DNA of 64,000 nucleotides from Vitrella brassicaformis CCMP3155 (Eukaryota > Protista > Chromerida): contig CDMY01000370.1 in the NCBI GenBank assembly GCA_001179505.1, positions 1-64,000 of the forward strand. The letters are read 5' to 3'. Both the position numbers and the translations under genes were made by a program. The number at the start of each line of letters is the position of its first letter. Position 1 is the stretch's first letter. The notes below the pieces were generated by a model, which saw only the letters and a list, made by a program, of their open reading frames with translations, had not been told where the DNA came from and did not search any database. Shown one piece after another: positions 11,571-22,836 of the stretch.

Positions 11571-12150
11571 TCTTTTTTGTCTTGGTGGCGGCGGTGCGGC
11601 CACACACAGACAGAGACAGATGGGGCGTAGCGGCGATTTGGCTGACAGCCATTTCCCCATCCACCGAGCCACACATCTCTGTACAGACACCCACGGCCCA
11701 CGATTGGTTACACAGACAGACAGACAGACAGACAGACAGAGGGACGCGCCTTCTCTGTGCAGTGCAGACACACACACATCCATCCATCCATTCACCACAC
11801 ACATGAATGGCGCAGCGAGGGACACTTTCCTCTACGCCGCCCTCTGCCTTTCCGTAGGTGGATGTGTCCTTTGTGTGGATGAGCGTGGCTCGCTGTGTGA
11901 TCAATTAGCGGCTGTGCGGTCTCTCTGCCCACGTGGATGGATGGATGGAACTCTGTGTGTGTGTGTGTGTATGTGTGTCAAGGACCCAGCTCTTCTCTCT
12001 TTCAAGCAACGCAGTGTAGTCGGACATCGATGTCCGTCGCGAGTTGTCAATTGCATCCATCCATCCAGCGCAGCACAACGACACACACAGGAATTCACTG
12101 CAGTGCAATGCGCCATCGGCAGACACCCTGAAAGTGTCTCAGACACCTCG

Positions 12151-12203
12151 AGTCTGAACCATCAGCAAGTCCTGAACCATCAGACTTGCTGATGGTTCAG
12201 ACT
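12151..12203. repeat. Perfect 21-bp inverted repeat with 11-nt spacer
   Basis: agtctgaaccatcagcaagtc (12151-12171), spacer ctgaaccatca, gacttgctgatggttcagact (12183-12203). Confidence 0.95.
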
Positions 12204-12378
12204 TGTTTCCACTGATGAGATATATGCTGACAGAGAGTGACATTGATTTACTAGGCCGATATTCTATGTCTTTCGCCGCCAGCCCACACACATACTCATG
12301 CTGCATCACACACACTCAGACACGCCTAAAGACCTATTTCCCAGGACACAATCCATCGATCCACGGGGGCATCAATTG

Positions 12379-13688
12379 TCACTTGGCACAGAAGTCGGCA
12401 TATCTCCTCTCAACCCCATCATAATACAGCGTCCCCTGCAGCCGCTCATCCGTCCACTGCGCAAAGGACGGCGGCCCGATGTCATTCCACCCCTTTGGCC
12501 ACGTCTGGCCGGGGAAGTGCACCACTGCCGGCACAGACACATAGTGGGCGTCCGGCCACTCGACCACCACACGCCCGCCCCCAGATGCAGAGAGCAGCTC
12601 TTTCGCCCTCTTGCGGATGGCCGAGGGATCGGTGCTCGACATAAATGCCTCCGATAATGGGAGGGAAAAGGATGGATGGGAGGCGTTGTGTCGGTGGGGG
12701 TGGGGATGATAGTGGAGGTGTCTGTGGACGAGTGGCGTGTTGGCCGTCAGCGAGAGACGCGAGTCGTAATCCAGCCGCAGACCGAACCGCTCCCGTGTCT
12801 CGTCGTTGAGGAAGATGAAGTATGACATGGCCTGGTCCGAACCCAGAAAGGTCTCTTTCCCCGCCCCTGTGTCCAGCAGCTGCTGCTTGTACGCCATATA
12901 CTCGCGAAAAGCGCCAATGCGGCCCAGGTGGAGGCCCGCATTGATGAACCGGTTGCCGAAGGGGCTCTCAGCAAGGGATGAGAGCATGGAGGTCAGATTG
13001 CCGTCGTGACTGATGGCAACGGACCGTGTTTCTCGTGGATTGGGCGGCATCAGGCGGCATACATCTGTCTGTTGCTGCAGCTGCTTTGGCGCGCAGAGCG
13101 TCTCGGTGCTGACGATTAGCCCTGATGAGTTGACGGCGGTCGCATACAGTTCCTTGATCTGCGTCTCGTTGAACTGAAACCACACATCCCATGCACTGAT
13201 ACACGCACACACACACACACAGAGCACACATCGATGGTGCCATTCATGGGTCGCGCACTCACTCCGACTCACTCGGCCATGAGGATGAGGTCATCGTCAG
13301 GCAGCCCCTGCAGGTAGCTCTGTGGCAGGAGTATCTTGACATTCCCCGCCGTCCGGTTGATGCCTCTCGCTTCGCAGTCGATGTCGTCGCTCCCAATCAC
13401 CTCCAATGCGATGCTGTTGGCCGCTGCTGTGGCGAACGAGTTGCGGCACACGAAGGCCCAGTGAGTGTGGACGTCTGTGTCGCCGTCAAGCGTGGCCACC
13501 ATCACAACATGCAGGCGTGGCTCGTCGGGCGAGGTCCTCTTAAGAGGGCTGCGGAATCCGCCATGCCGATGCTTAACGACGGATGACAGCTGACATGGCA
13601 ACAAGGACAACATAGGACAACAAGTTGAACGACACTGCAAACTGAGTGTCTCACTGACCCACCTGTTGCTGCGGCGCTCTCTGCTCAT
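12379..13688 (-). CDS. PLOD-type (procollagen lysyl hydroxylase N-terminal) glycosyltransferase-like protein, 2 exons
   Basis: Splice join gives DDDLILMA|DAWDVWF (cf. PLOD ..FTDAYDV); also STETLCAP, RFINAGLHLG, SDQAMSY, LRLDYDSRL, VVHFPGQ; start codon uncertain (13688 or 13613). Confidence 0.72.
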
Positions 13689-14007
13689 GGCCCTCCCTGG
13701 AGGCAGCCCACACGCACACGTGTCGATGACTGAGACAGACCACCAGCACCACCTGCAGAGACGCTCGCAACCACGACAGCATCATTCGTCAGGCGGGGCA
13801 ACAGAAAGTCGGCAGAGAGTGGTCATGGGGGCGAGTTGCTCTGGGGGTCAGGAGGGTATGCAATGGCGTTTGTTCGAATGACCTTTCGGACGACTGGCGG
13901 AGACTCCTCTGCAGGGTTCGGGGGTTACAGGGTAGGGTCTCAAACCCTGAACCGTGCAAATTGCTTTCGGGTATTGCGTGTGGGTGTTCGTGTGTGGCTG
14001 TCCAGCT

Positions 14008-14045
<38 letters not shown>

Positions 14046-14786
14046 TGATGGACAAATGACGAGTGAATACTCCACTGAGTGGGGCAATGAATAAATTGTG
14101 TGAATGGTTAAGAGACGCCGCATCGTGTGGTGTGGAGTGTACAGCAACGAGCTTCATCGGTCACCCATCAAAGCATTCTCGGTCTCTCTGTCACGCCATT
14201 CACACAGCCATCCGTTCAATCATCCCAGCAGACAGACAGACAGAGAGGGAGGCAGGCCAGCCATAGTTGCACCGTGGATCTTTGCTATCACATCCTGGCA
14301 CGCACCATCCATGGCAACCAGGCGACTACGAGACAGCACGATGCAATGACGGCTGGCTGGGCTGGGAGGATATCCGTGTGCTGGCGCTCGGCTCGGAAAA
14401 AGGCACACAAAGAAGCGGCGGTCGATTTAGCAGCACGCACGTACCTGCCTTGGCCACGAAAAATTGAATACCTTGACAGAACGAATTGTCTCAAAGGGCA
14501 AACACCCCACATATGAAATGCAGCAAACGCTTCGCAGACGTATCTGCCTGTCTCAGCTGGCTATCATTACAGCAAACAACAGTCGCTACCCAACAGTCTA
14601 CCCAACACAACACCTGCACACCATATGGCAACAGATAGCAGGCACGAGTCAATCAATCACAACGGAGTCAATCAGTCAACGCACGTGTCCTTGGCTGGTT
14701 ATCGGTGGCGGCTGCAAGACCTATTGAATGAATGTGCTCTTGGACGGCCCCGGGGCAGGGCATGTATGTCGGGCGACTAGTCATAT

Positions 14787-15466
14787 ATGGGAACGGGCAG
14801 ACCGATAGGGAAAAGGAGAGCCCATCGAACGGGCCCTGAAACAAACCACACCACACCACGCCACACCACACACCACCACACATACAGGGAGAGACCATGT
14901 GCCCATCCAGCCCATCGGTGTAGCTTTCTTCCCATTAATTTCGTCTCACTTGGCGCCCGCTTGATGTAAAAGCGTATCGGATTGCGGCCGTTGTCGCCCA
15001 CATCCTTGAACGCCTCAGCCACAGTGTCGGCAACGCTGATGGATCGGTTCTGCAGAAGGACGTTTCCTGGGTTGATGTACCCGGCTGGGTAGTGACGCGA
15101 CGCCTTGACCTCTCTGCACAAGGCTCCCACCTTGGCGTCCGCCGGAACAGTCACCGGCGTATAAATGATCGTGCTGTTGTCGACTTCTTCGAGGGTCACC
15201 CACTTGGTGAGCTGCCCCTGTGCACCGCCGGACCTCGTCGAGGCGGCCCTCTGAATGCTGCGCAGCATGTCGGGGGGCTGACTCATGCCACGGTGCCACC
15301 GTGCCGCACACGGCATAGTGCGGACAGAGGGGCGAAGGAATGCGGCGCCAACGCCAATCTGCAGGTCGACAGACACGCACAGAACAAACACGAACAAAAA
15401 GGTGAGGGCTCCACAGACACATCCAATGCGTTCACGCCTTCTCCCTTCCTTGCCCTTCATCTCCAC
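14787..15466 (-). CDS. Hypothetical protein with signal/transit-like N-terminus
   Basis: 229-aa ORF; hydrophobic stretch LTFLFVFVLCVSV followed by AAFLRPSVR and an R/S-rich segment; GC3-rich core; 3' end uncertain. Confidence 0.5.
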
Positions 15467-16829
15467 CCACCAGCGTGTTGCTGCGTCCTGTCGATGGCGA
15501 GTGCGCAGTCAACCAGGGCACCATAACGGCCAGAAAGGCCAGAGTGACGCAACAAGAGATCCGGCTTTCCATGGCGGCCATAGGTCGGGAGGGCGGGCGA
15601 AGAGGGTCAGGATGCATCTGGCAGCATCTGGCGGTCCCCCTGTCACTCAACGCTCCATGTAATCGGGTCAGAATCACACGAGTTGTTCAATGGACTCGGC
15701 AACGAGTGGCAAGGAACGTTTCACGGACTTCTTTTGGAGGCCGACATGCAGCTCTGCAGCGGCAAACTGCGTGCGACTTTGCAATGACCTTTGCGTACGG
15801 TTAGATACACTCGCGTAGACACACACACGCTGAGACACACACACAAATCTTCGAGAGAGCCCGGCTTGTAACTCTCAGTACAGATGGGCTGGAGACATCT
15901 ACAGCAGTGCAAGTATCAGTACCTGCCTGTCTGCCTGCCTCCCTGTCTGCCGGTCCGCGGTTGGATGATCGAATGCAGCCGGCTGCACGGCATTGATCGA
16001 GCACAGGCACAAAATCGTCAACGAGTCCAGACCGCCAGCTCAAACACAAATGACGCAAGCGCACCACACCACACCACACGTAGGTACATTATCCAGTCAG
16101 TCCCCATAGCCATTCGTGCCACAGCCAACCATTCAGCCCATGTCTGGTGTCTGTCTTGTCTTCCATCGATAACCGGGCCTGCCTGCCTGCCTGCCTGTCT
16201 GTTTGGCTATGGATGTCTTTCTGATCCAGACGCAGCAGCCACCAAAGAAAGAACCCCGCACGAACCATGAATGAGTCATCCGTACAGTACATGCAGCGGC
16301 GGTCACTGGCTTGTTGGGGTGTGTTTGTGATTGATGTGGAAAGGCAAAAGAGGCAACGATGCAATGCCCGACATGTGCGTCGCCTGACCCCCCGTCCCGT
16401 CCGTGCCACACGCACTCCAAAACACACAAACATACTCAGCCGGCGCGCCGCAAGGGAGATCACCCGCAGCATTTCATGATGCGACCTGCACACACGCAGA
16501 GACGACATGCATCCCTGCAGCAATTTTCGTCCGTGCGTGCGGTTCTCTCACGACAGCCACGAGTGCGAACGGCTGGGGGGAAGATCTGAGCATCGCCGAC
16601 AAACAGACAGAGGGACACCAAGCCATACATGCAAGAGATTAGATTGATGCGGTCTGTCTCCATACCACGGGCGGATACCAACGGTAGGTGATCGAAACCT
16701 TGCTCACCCTCTGACAGACACAGGCGTACACACCGATGGATGGATGGATGGATGGACAGACGGCTGATCCCCTTCCTCTCGACCAGCCACTCACTCAGTC
16801 ACTCACTCACTCACTCACTCACTCACCAC

Positions 16830-17640
16830 ACTGAGTTTGCGACCAGGCGACCATCCCAGGGCCTTGACCACTTGCGACTGCGACTGCTCCTGCACAGCAC
16901 ACAACAAGCGACACCCACATCTCCCGCCTCCCTCACACATGCATGCATGCATATGCGGATGGGTGCAGTGCACACTGACCTCTGCGGTCGGTTGCTCATC
17001 CTCCTCCTGTATGACCCCCAGGGCCTGCAGCTCAACACCATTGACGCCACCGGCCACACGGTGATGTTGCATGTCGCTGGTGTCGTCGTTATTGGCGTTG
17101 TTGTCGTGGTTGTTCGCGACCTCTCCCTCTCCCTCGGTCACCCCCGTGGACAGCTGACGGATGTCCGGCCGGGGCTGTCGCACTTTTACCACGGTGCCCT
17201 TCTCATCCTCTGCACTCACACACACAGACACAGCAGGATACATTGAATGAACGCACTCATGTCGTGAGGACTGTGAGTACACACCTTTCCCTTTGATTTG
17301 GTACAAAGCCGGTCCCAGCTTTCGCTCCTTCTCGCGCCACGCCCGGATGGCAGCAGTCAGTGCTGCATCGACACGCAAACCGTCACAGTCAGGCCTCTCA
17401 CACACACACGAATGCAATGCGTACCTGCCTCCTTGTCTGCTGCGATGTGTGGCTCGGTCTCCAGCGCCTTTGTGAGCTCTGGAGACACATAGAACACCAC
17501 ACATGTGACAGGCATGTGACAGGCAGGTGGCGAGGCACATCAGCCCACACTCATCCATTCGCGCCTTTCTGGTGCTTTTCGATGGCCTGCTCTCGAAGGC
17601 AGTGCTCGAGGGCTGCATCAACACACATACACACACGCGC
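16830..17640 (-). CDS. Coding-like exons of unknown affiliation (possible C-terminal extension of the MAT-like gene, or a separate gene)
   Basis: Blocks MQPSSTAFESRPSKSTRKARMD, PDCDGLRVDAALTAAIRAWREKERKLGPALYQIKGKG and AEDEKGTVVKVRQPRPDIRQ...EQPTAE separated by repeat-rich intron-like DNA. Confidence 0.4.
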
Positions 17641-17742
17641 ACACACACACACACACGTGAGGCACTACACGCCCATGCCTCTGACTGACACACCTTCTGT
17701 GGACGACTTGAACTGGGAGGTTCGCACATTGCCGCACTTCTT

Positions 17743-19437
17743 TCACCCCAGCGGGCCACAAAATAACTCCAATACACGGAGCCACCAGGCAAATGGCGTA
17801 CTGAGATCCACACAGCAACGGATGCATGTAGCTGCTGTGCTGTGTGCGTGTGTGTCAGGGCTGTCTTCCTCTGTCTCCCTCTGTGTGTGCCCGAGTCTGT
17901 GTGCATGTGTGTGTGTGTGTGCGTGTGTGTGTGAGAGGGGGGGAGGGGGACGTACCTCTGTGGGCGCGGGATGATCTTGGCGACCTCCCAACGAACCACA
18001 TCTCCCGCTGCCCCAGACTAAACGAGGCACACAGGCAATGAGAAACCACACATGCATTTGTGTGTGTGTGTGGGTGGGTGGGTGCAGGTGGTGACCTTGA
18101 ATGTAGAGTTTAGCCCGCCGATGTCGAAGTTGAACTCGGCGTTGACGATCTTGAGCAATTTCTCGTCATTGATGCCCTTTGCCGCCGTGCCCCGCGTGTC
18201 GACAGACACATCCCAGAGGCCACCATCGCTGTAGGGAGGCCGGAGAGGCGGATATGTCACCTGAAGGGACCAGACACACATACACAGATGAGCAAAGCAA
18301 TTTCTCTCCAGGTGTGTGGCGTGACCTTGATGAGGCACTCTCGACAAAGTCCGCTGTCAACCAGGGAGAGTGCCACCCACCGAGCTGCAAGTCCAGCGAC
18401 CCGGGCAACCTAACCGATCAACGACGCACAAGGACAAGGTCAGCAGATGGTCAGAAGGACGGCAGGCAGGCTGTCGCTCGGACTTACGTGAAGACCGCCG
18501 TGGATGTGCATCCGACCGTACTGGGCGTCCCACTCGCCGAACAACTCCACTGTTATGCGACCTGGTCGCGTAAAAAGACCATTTTGCCCTCCATTCATTC
18601 CTCCTGGTTCTTTGTCTGACGCCCCACTCACGTCCGGCAATTGCGACGAGCATCTGTGCCCCCCTGCACAAGATTGTAGTGGATGTGCAGGTCCTGTTGT
18701 TGATGATGGGCTTGATGACGAAGTCCTCGACGTCCTTGTACAGCGTCTCAGAGAGAGAGTCCGGGATGACTCGTCGCGCGACGGCGAGGATATGGTGGAC
18801 GTGGCGGCCGTGGTCGTCCTCCATGGCGACGAATGTCTTCGCGACTCCCGGGTACAGGTACGGCAATTGGCCTGAAAGACATCCCAGCGCAGAGGGGATG
18901 TCATGTAGTGCTATGTGCGAGTGTACCTCACGTCTCATTACCGGTTTTGACTTTCTCGAGCACGTTTCGCAGCGTGTGGACGATGTCTTTGGTGCCCGGC
19001 ATGTGTTGGGGGGGGTCGTTGCCCGCGAAGCCGACAATGACTGCACACACACACACACACACACACGCAAGACATCCACGCAACCGTCATCCCTCCCTGC
19101 ACCGGCCCCTCTCATGTCCGACCTAGTTCATCCGCAGCCTTGACCAGGGTCGGTGGAAGGCCAGCAATGGCGTTCACGTCCACATCACTGTTGGTGAGGA
19201 TCTCCCAGAAGGCCACCAGGTTGCTGGACCGCCCTGCAGACGACACAGAAGGAGAGAATGGGTGTCGGTGGATCATGCACCCGGCAGCCTTTGTTGTCCG
19301 TCGTGCTTACCCGGCTGGTGGACCTTGACGCTCAGCACCTTGGTGTCCTTGTCCTTCTTGATGCACTCGTCGATGACTCTCTCCACCACGCACAGCCCGG
19401 GGAGGCCGGTGGACCGGATCAGGCTGGTGATGTCCAT
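17743..19437 (-). CDS. Highly divergent S-adenosylmethionine synthetase (MAT/MetK) homologue lacking catalytic motifs; ~8-9 exons
   Basis: Spliced exons align colinearly by eye with eukaryotic MAT: GLPGLCVVERVIDECIKKDKDTKV, VIVGFAGNDPPQHMPGT..VHTL, GQLPYLYPGVAKTFV, VIKPII, IAGRRITVELFG, VARVAGLAARWVALSLVDSGLCRECLIKVTY, SVDTRGT..NDEKLLKIVNAEFNF, VRWEVAK. Confidence 0.85.
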
Positions 19438-19669
19438 GGCCTGATGATGGATGAAAGAGAGATGCCAAGGACGACGGGATGGATGAGGGGGGTGAGCACT
19501 AGAGAGGGAAGATGCGGGCGCTCCGTGGGGATGCGTCCACGAGAGATGCCGAGCAACGAAGGGGCCGAAGGTGATGACTCTCACAGTCGAAAGACACTCT
19601 CACAGTCGAAAGACGGATTTGGAGAAAGCGGAAGATCTGCTCAAGAGCTCGCAGATGAGGCTAGGGTAC

Positions 19670-21141
19670 CTTGTGAAACCGCTGTGCAGCAGAAGGTCGC
19701 CGAGTTCGTTGCTGACGTCCAGGCGCTCAGCGAAGCCGCGTCGCGCGTCCCCCAGGAGGCCCTGTACGCGGCGGCCAAGTCCCTGCAGGCCAAGTGGATC
19801 TACCTGCGTCGGGTCATGCACACCACCTGTGAGGACTTCGAGGTCCTCCGCGACACCATCACCGACACGTTCCTGCCCGCACTCGTCGGCACCCCACAGC
19901 CCCTCTCTGACGACATGAAGCGGCTGCTCCTTCGCCCTGTGCGCCACGGCGGCATCGGCCTTGTCGACCCGTCCTTCCGTGCTCCCCTTCCGGCCCCACT
20001 TGACGGGCAGACCGACCTCTGTCAGCTCACGCGCAAGGCCTCCCGGGCGGGCACCACCATCCTCGCCCACGCCATCGCCACCTCCGCCCCCCATTACCCC
20101 TCCGCAGCGCATCGCAGCCAGATGCACAGGGCCAGGAGAGTCTTCCGAGAGTCCCTCGATGAGACCTTCGCCCACGACTCGACAGCCATCATCGGCCGCC
20201 TCCCTCCCGGCCAGGCCAGGGCCGCAGAGCGTGCTCGCTGCAACGACACGGGGCAGTTCATGACTGTCCGCCCGTCCCAGCTGGACGACACCGACCTCAG
20301 TGCACTCGAGTTCCGTGACGCCATGTGCCACCGGTACGGCCTGCCCCACCAGGACATGTCAGACAAGTGCGACGGCGAGCGCCCGAATGGGGCGAGGTGC
20401 GGTGCCGACTTCACCGTCCAACACGCGCTTGGCTGCTCCCTGGGCGGGCTGGTGTACGCCAAACACGACCGGCTCAAGCACGAGGTCGGCGGCCTGTGTC
20501 AGCTGGGCGGACTCAAGGTGGCGTACGAGCACACGGTGTGGAAGGAGACCGCCCACGCCGCCGCCGCCCGCGACCCCCGTGCCGTTCCCTTGGGTGTGAC
20601 CCCCTGCGACGGTGCCGGCCACCCCCATCCCCCTCCCCCCCTCCCCTCGCCAACTCCCCCTCCCCCGCCCGACCCACCTGACCCTCCTGACCCGCCCGAC
20701 CCACACACTGCGCCCGACGAGCCTGATGGTGTCCCCAACGACCCCACCGTCCGCACGGACCTGTTCGTGTCGAGGTTTTGGCCAAGCGGCCGCGAGCTGT
20801 CGATCGATTTCTGCGTGACCGACGCTGACACTCGCTGCAACCAGGGCAAGACCACCGGCACGATCACCCGCGAGAGAGAGAAGCTCAAGAAGGACCACCA
20901 TATTGACGTGTGTCGGCTCAACCGCATGGACTTCACGGCATTCATCGTGACGTGTGACGGCGTCTATGGGAGGGAGGCCGATTGCTTCATTCGCCGCTTG
21001 GCCGAGCTCATCAACAAGAGGGGCGGATGGGACAGATATGGTGTTGGCCGGGTCGAGCAATGGATTCGGGCGCCGCTGTCAGTGTGCCTGGCTTGTTCGG
21101 TGTCTGCGTGTCTGCGGCGGCCCAGGAGGAAGGGCCGGTAG
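19670..21141 (+). mobile_element. 5'-truncated non-LTR retrotransposon (CRE-like, restriction-like endonuclease type): post-RT/thumb region, CCHC knuckle and RLE
   Basis: Intronless open frame: QKVAEFVADVQALS...PQEALYAAAKSLQAKWIYLRR; CDG..C...HALGC...KHDRLKHEV; RTDLFV..DFCVTD..REKLKKDHH..C..FTAFIVTCDGVYGREADCFIRRLA; RT catalytic YxDD core absent; boundaries approximate. Confidence 0.85.
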
Positions 21142-21495
21142 CATTGGTTGTATCAGCGGGGGCGTTGGGGTGATGGGGCTGGGATGTTCGTGCCTGGGGA
21201 GCCTCTCATTTTCTGAGGGTGCCCCCATGTGAGTAGGCGTGTGGGGATAGTATGTGTTGATTGGCCTGGTTGCCTGTCAGTCTGGTTGGTAGTCTGTCTG
21301 TCTATCTGTCTGTCAGTCCGCATGTCTGTCCACTGCATTCGCGTGTGCTGCTCATGAGCATTGTTTGTCCATTTGGGTGTCTGTAGCTCGTTATCATTGC
21401 ATTGCGATCGACTGTTCATGTTTGTCCGTGCCGTGGACCAACACGTGTGTGGCCCTCGGCGCATCGTTACACATCAAGCAATCAATCACATTCAG

Positions 21496-22830
21496 GCGGC
21501 CTGCCCGGACAGCTCAGCAACAAGGCCCTTGAGGACAACGAGATCAAGCGTCACATCACCGACATGATTATCGACTATCGCCATGAGCCGAGGGAGGGCG
21601 AGGAGAAGCGAGTTACCTGGCGGGACATGATCGGAAACGCCAGCGTCAAACGAAAGTGAGTCGGGATGAAACGGTGCATCAATAACACAGTAGATTCGTT
21701 GGCGCCTTTGTGTGTGCAATGCAGCCTTCTGCAGCTGTTCTTATGGCCGGCCAAGTATCCAGCCGAGTTCACGGGGCTGCTGGCCCCACAAGAGGGCCTT
21801 TTGCCTTTCGGCCCACCCCGCAACGGCAAAACGATGGCAGCGAAGGCAGTGGCCTCCAAGGTAAATGAGCTGCCGCGATTTGCTTTTATTGTGTACTGCT
21901 TGTTGTCTCTTCCATACAGTGCAAGGCCACTTTCTTCAACGTGGACGCCGCCTCCTTCGGCTCCAAGTGGTAATGCCTGCAATCACACTCCTGTTGTGTT
22001 GGTCATTGTGTCCTTTCTGTGCTGCTGCTGCTGCTGTTTGTGCATTTAGGTTTGGCGATAGTGAGAAGATGGTCAAGGCGCTGTTCGAGGTGGCCAGAGA
22101 GCGTGCTCCGTCCATCATCTTCATGGATGAGGTCGACGGGATCATGCCAGCGAGCGGCGCTGACCTAGGATTTGGCTCTCAAGCCCTCAAGTAGGCATTG
22201 TGTGTGCCTTCGCACACTCACCCTCACCGATCTCCTTGTCTCTGTACCATTGTATGCAGCCGCATCAAGGCTGAGCTTCTGGTCCAGCTGGACGGCCTGC
22301 CCACCACTGCTGATCGCGTGCAAGTCATCGGTGCCACCAACAGGCCATGGGACATCGACGTCGCGTTGCTGAATCGGCTGCCGATCCGAACCTATGTGCC
22401 TCTGCCTGATCAAGAGGGACGTGCGGCGCTGTTCCGGAAGCTGCTGGGCACCAACACCAGGGGCCACACGTTGACCGACGACGATTTCGACCACGTGAGC
22501 ACGGCGGAAGGATATGAATGATAGTGTCGATACGCAATTGTATGGCTATGTTTGATGCAGGTGGCGATAAAGACGGAGGGCTACTCGTACCGTGACCTGA
22601 CAAAACTCTGCCGAGAAGCGGCATACGTGTCCGTTCGTGAGGCCCTCATGACTGACGACGTCGACGAGTGCCTGGAGGACGAAAGCGAGGCGGTCATGGC
22701 GCTGCGGAGCCGACGATCACTGCAAGTCAACAAAGTCCTCACGGCAGCGCAGAAGATCAAGCCTACCACACACCCGCAGCTGATCGCAAGACTTGAGGAC
22801 TGGAAGAACGAGTACGCCGAGCAGACATAG
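21496..22830 (+). CDS. Spastin/fidgetin/katanin-type (meiotic clade) AAA ATPase domain; 5' exon(s) missing or displaced
   Basis: [31 protein letters not shown] (Walker A), SKW|[20 protein letters not shown] (Walker B), [26 protein letters not shown]; first recognisable exon begins at an AG acceptor. Confidence 0.85.
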
Positions 22831-22836
22831 GGTCGG

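Noticed and set aside
13908-13952. Telomere-like degenerate GGGTT tract
   Set aside because: Too short and irregular to call an interstitial telomere; only the palindromic sub-motif was kept as a finding
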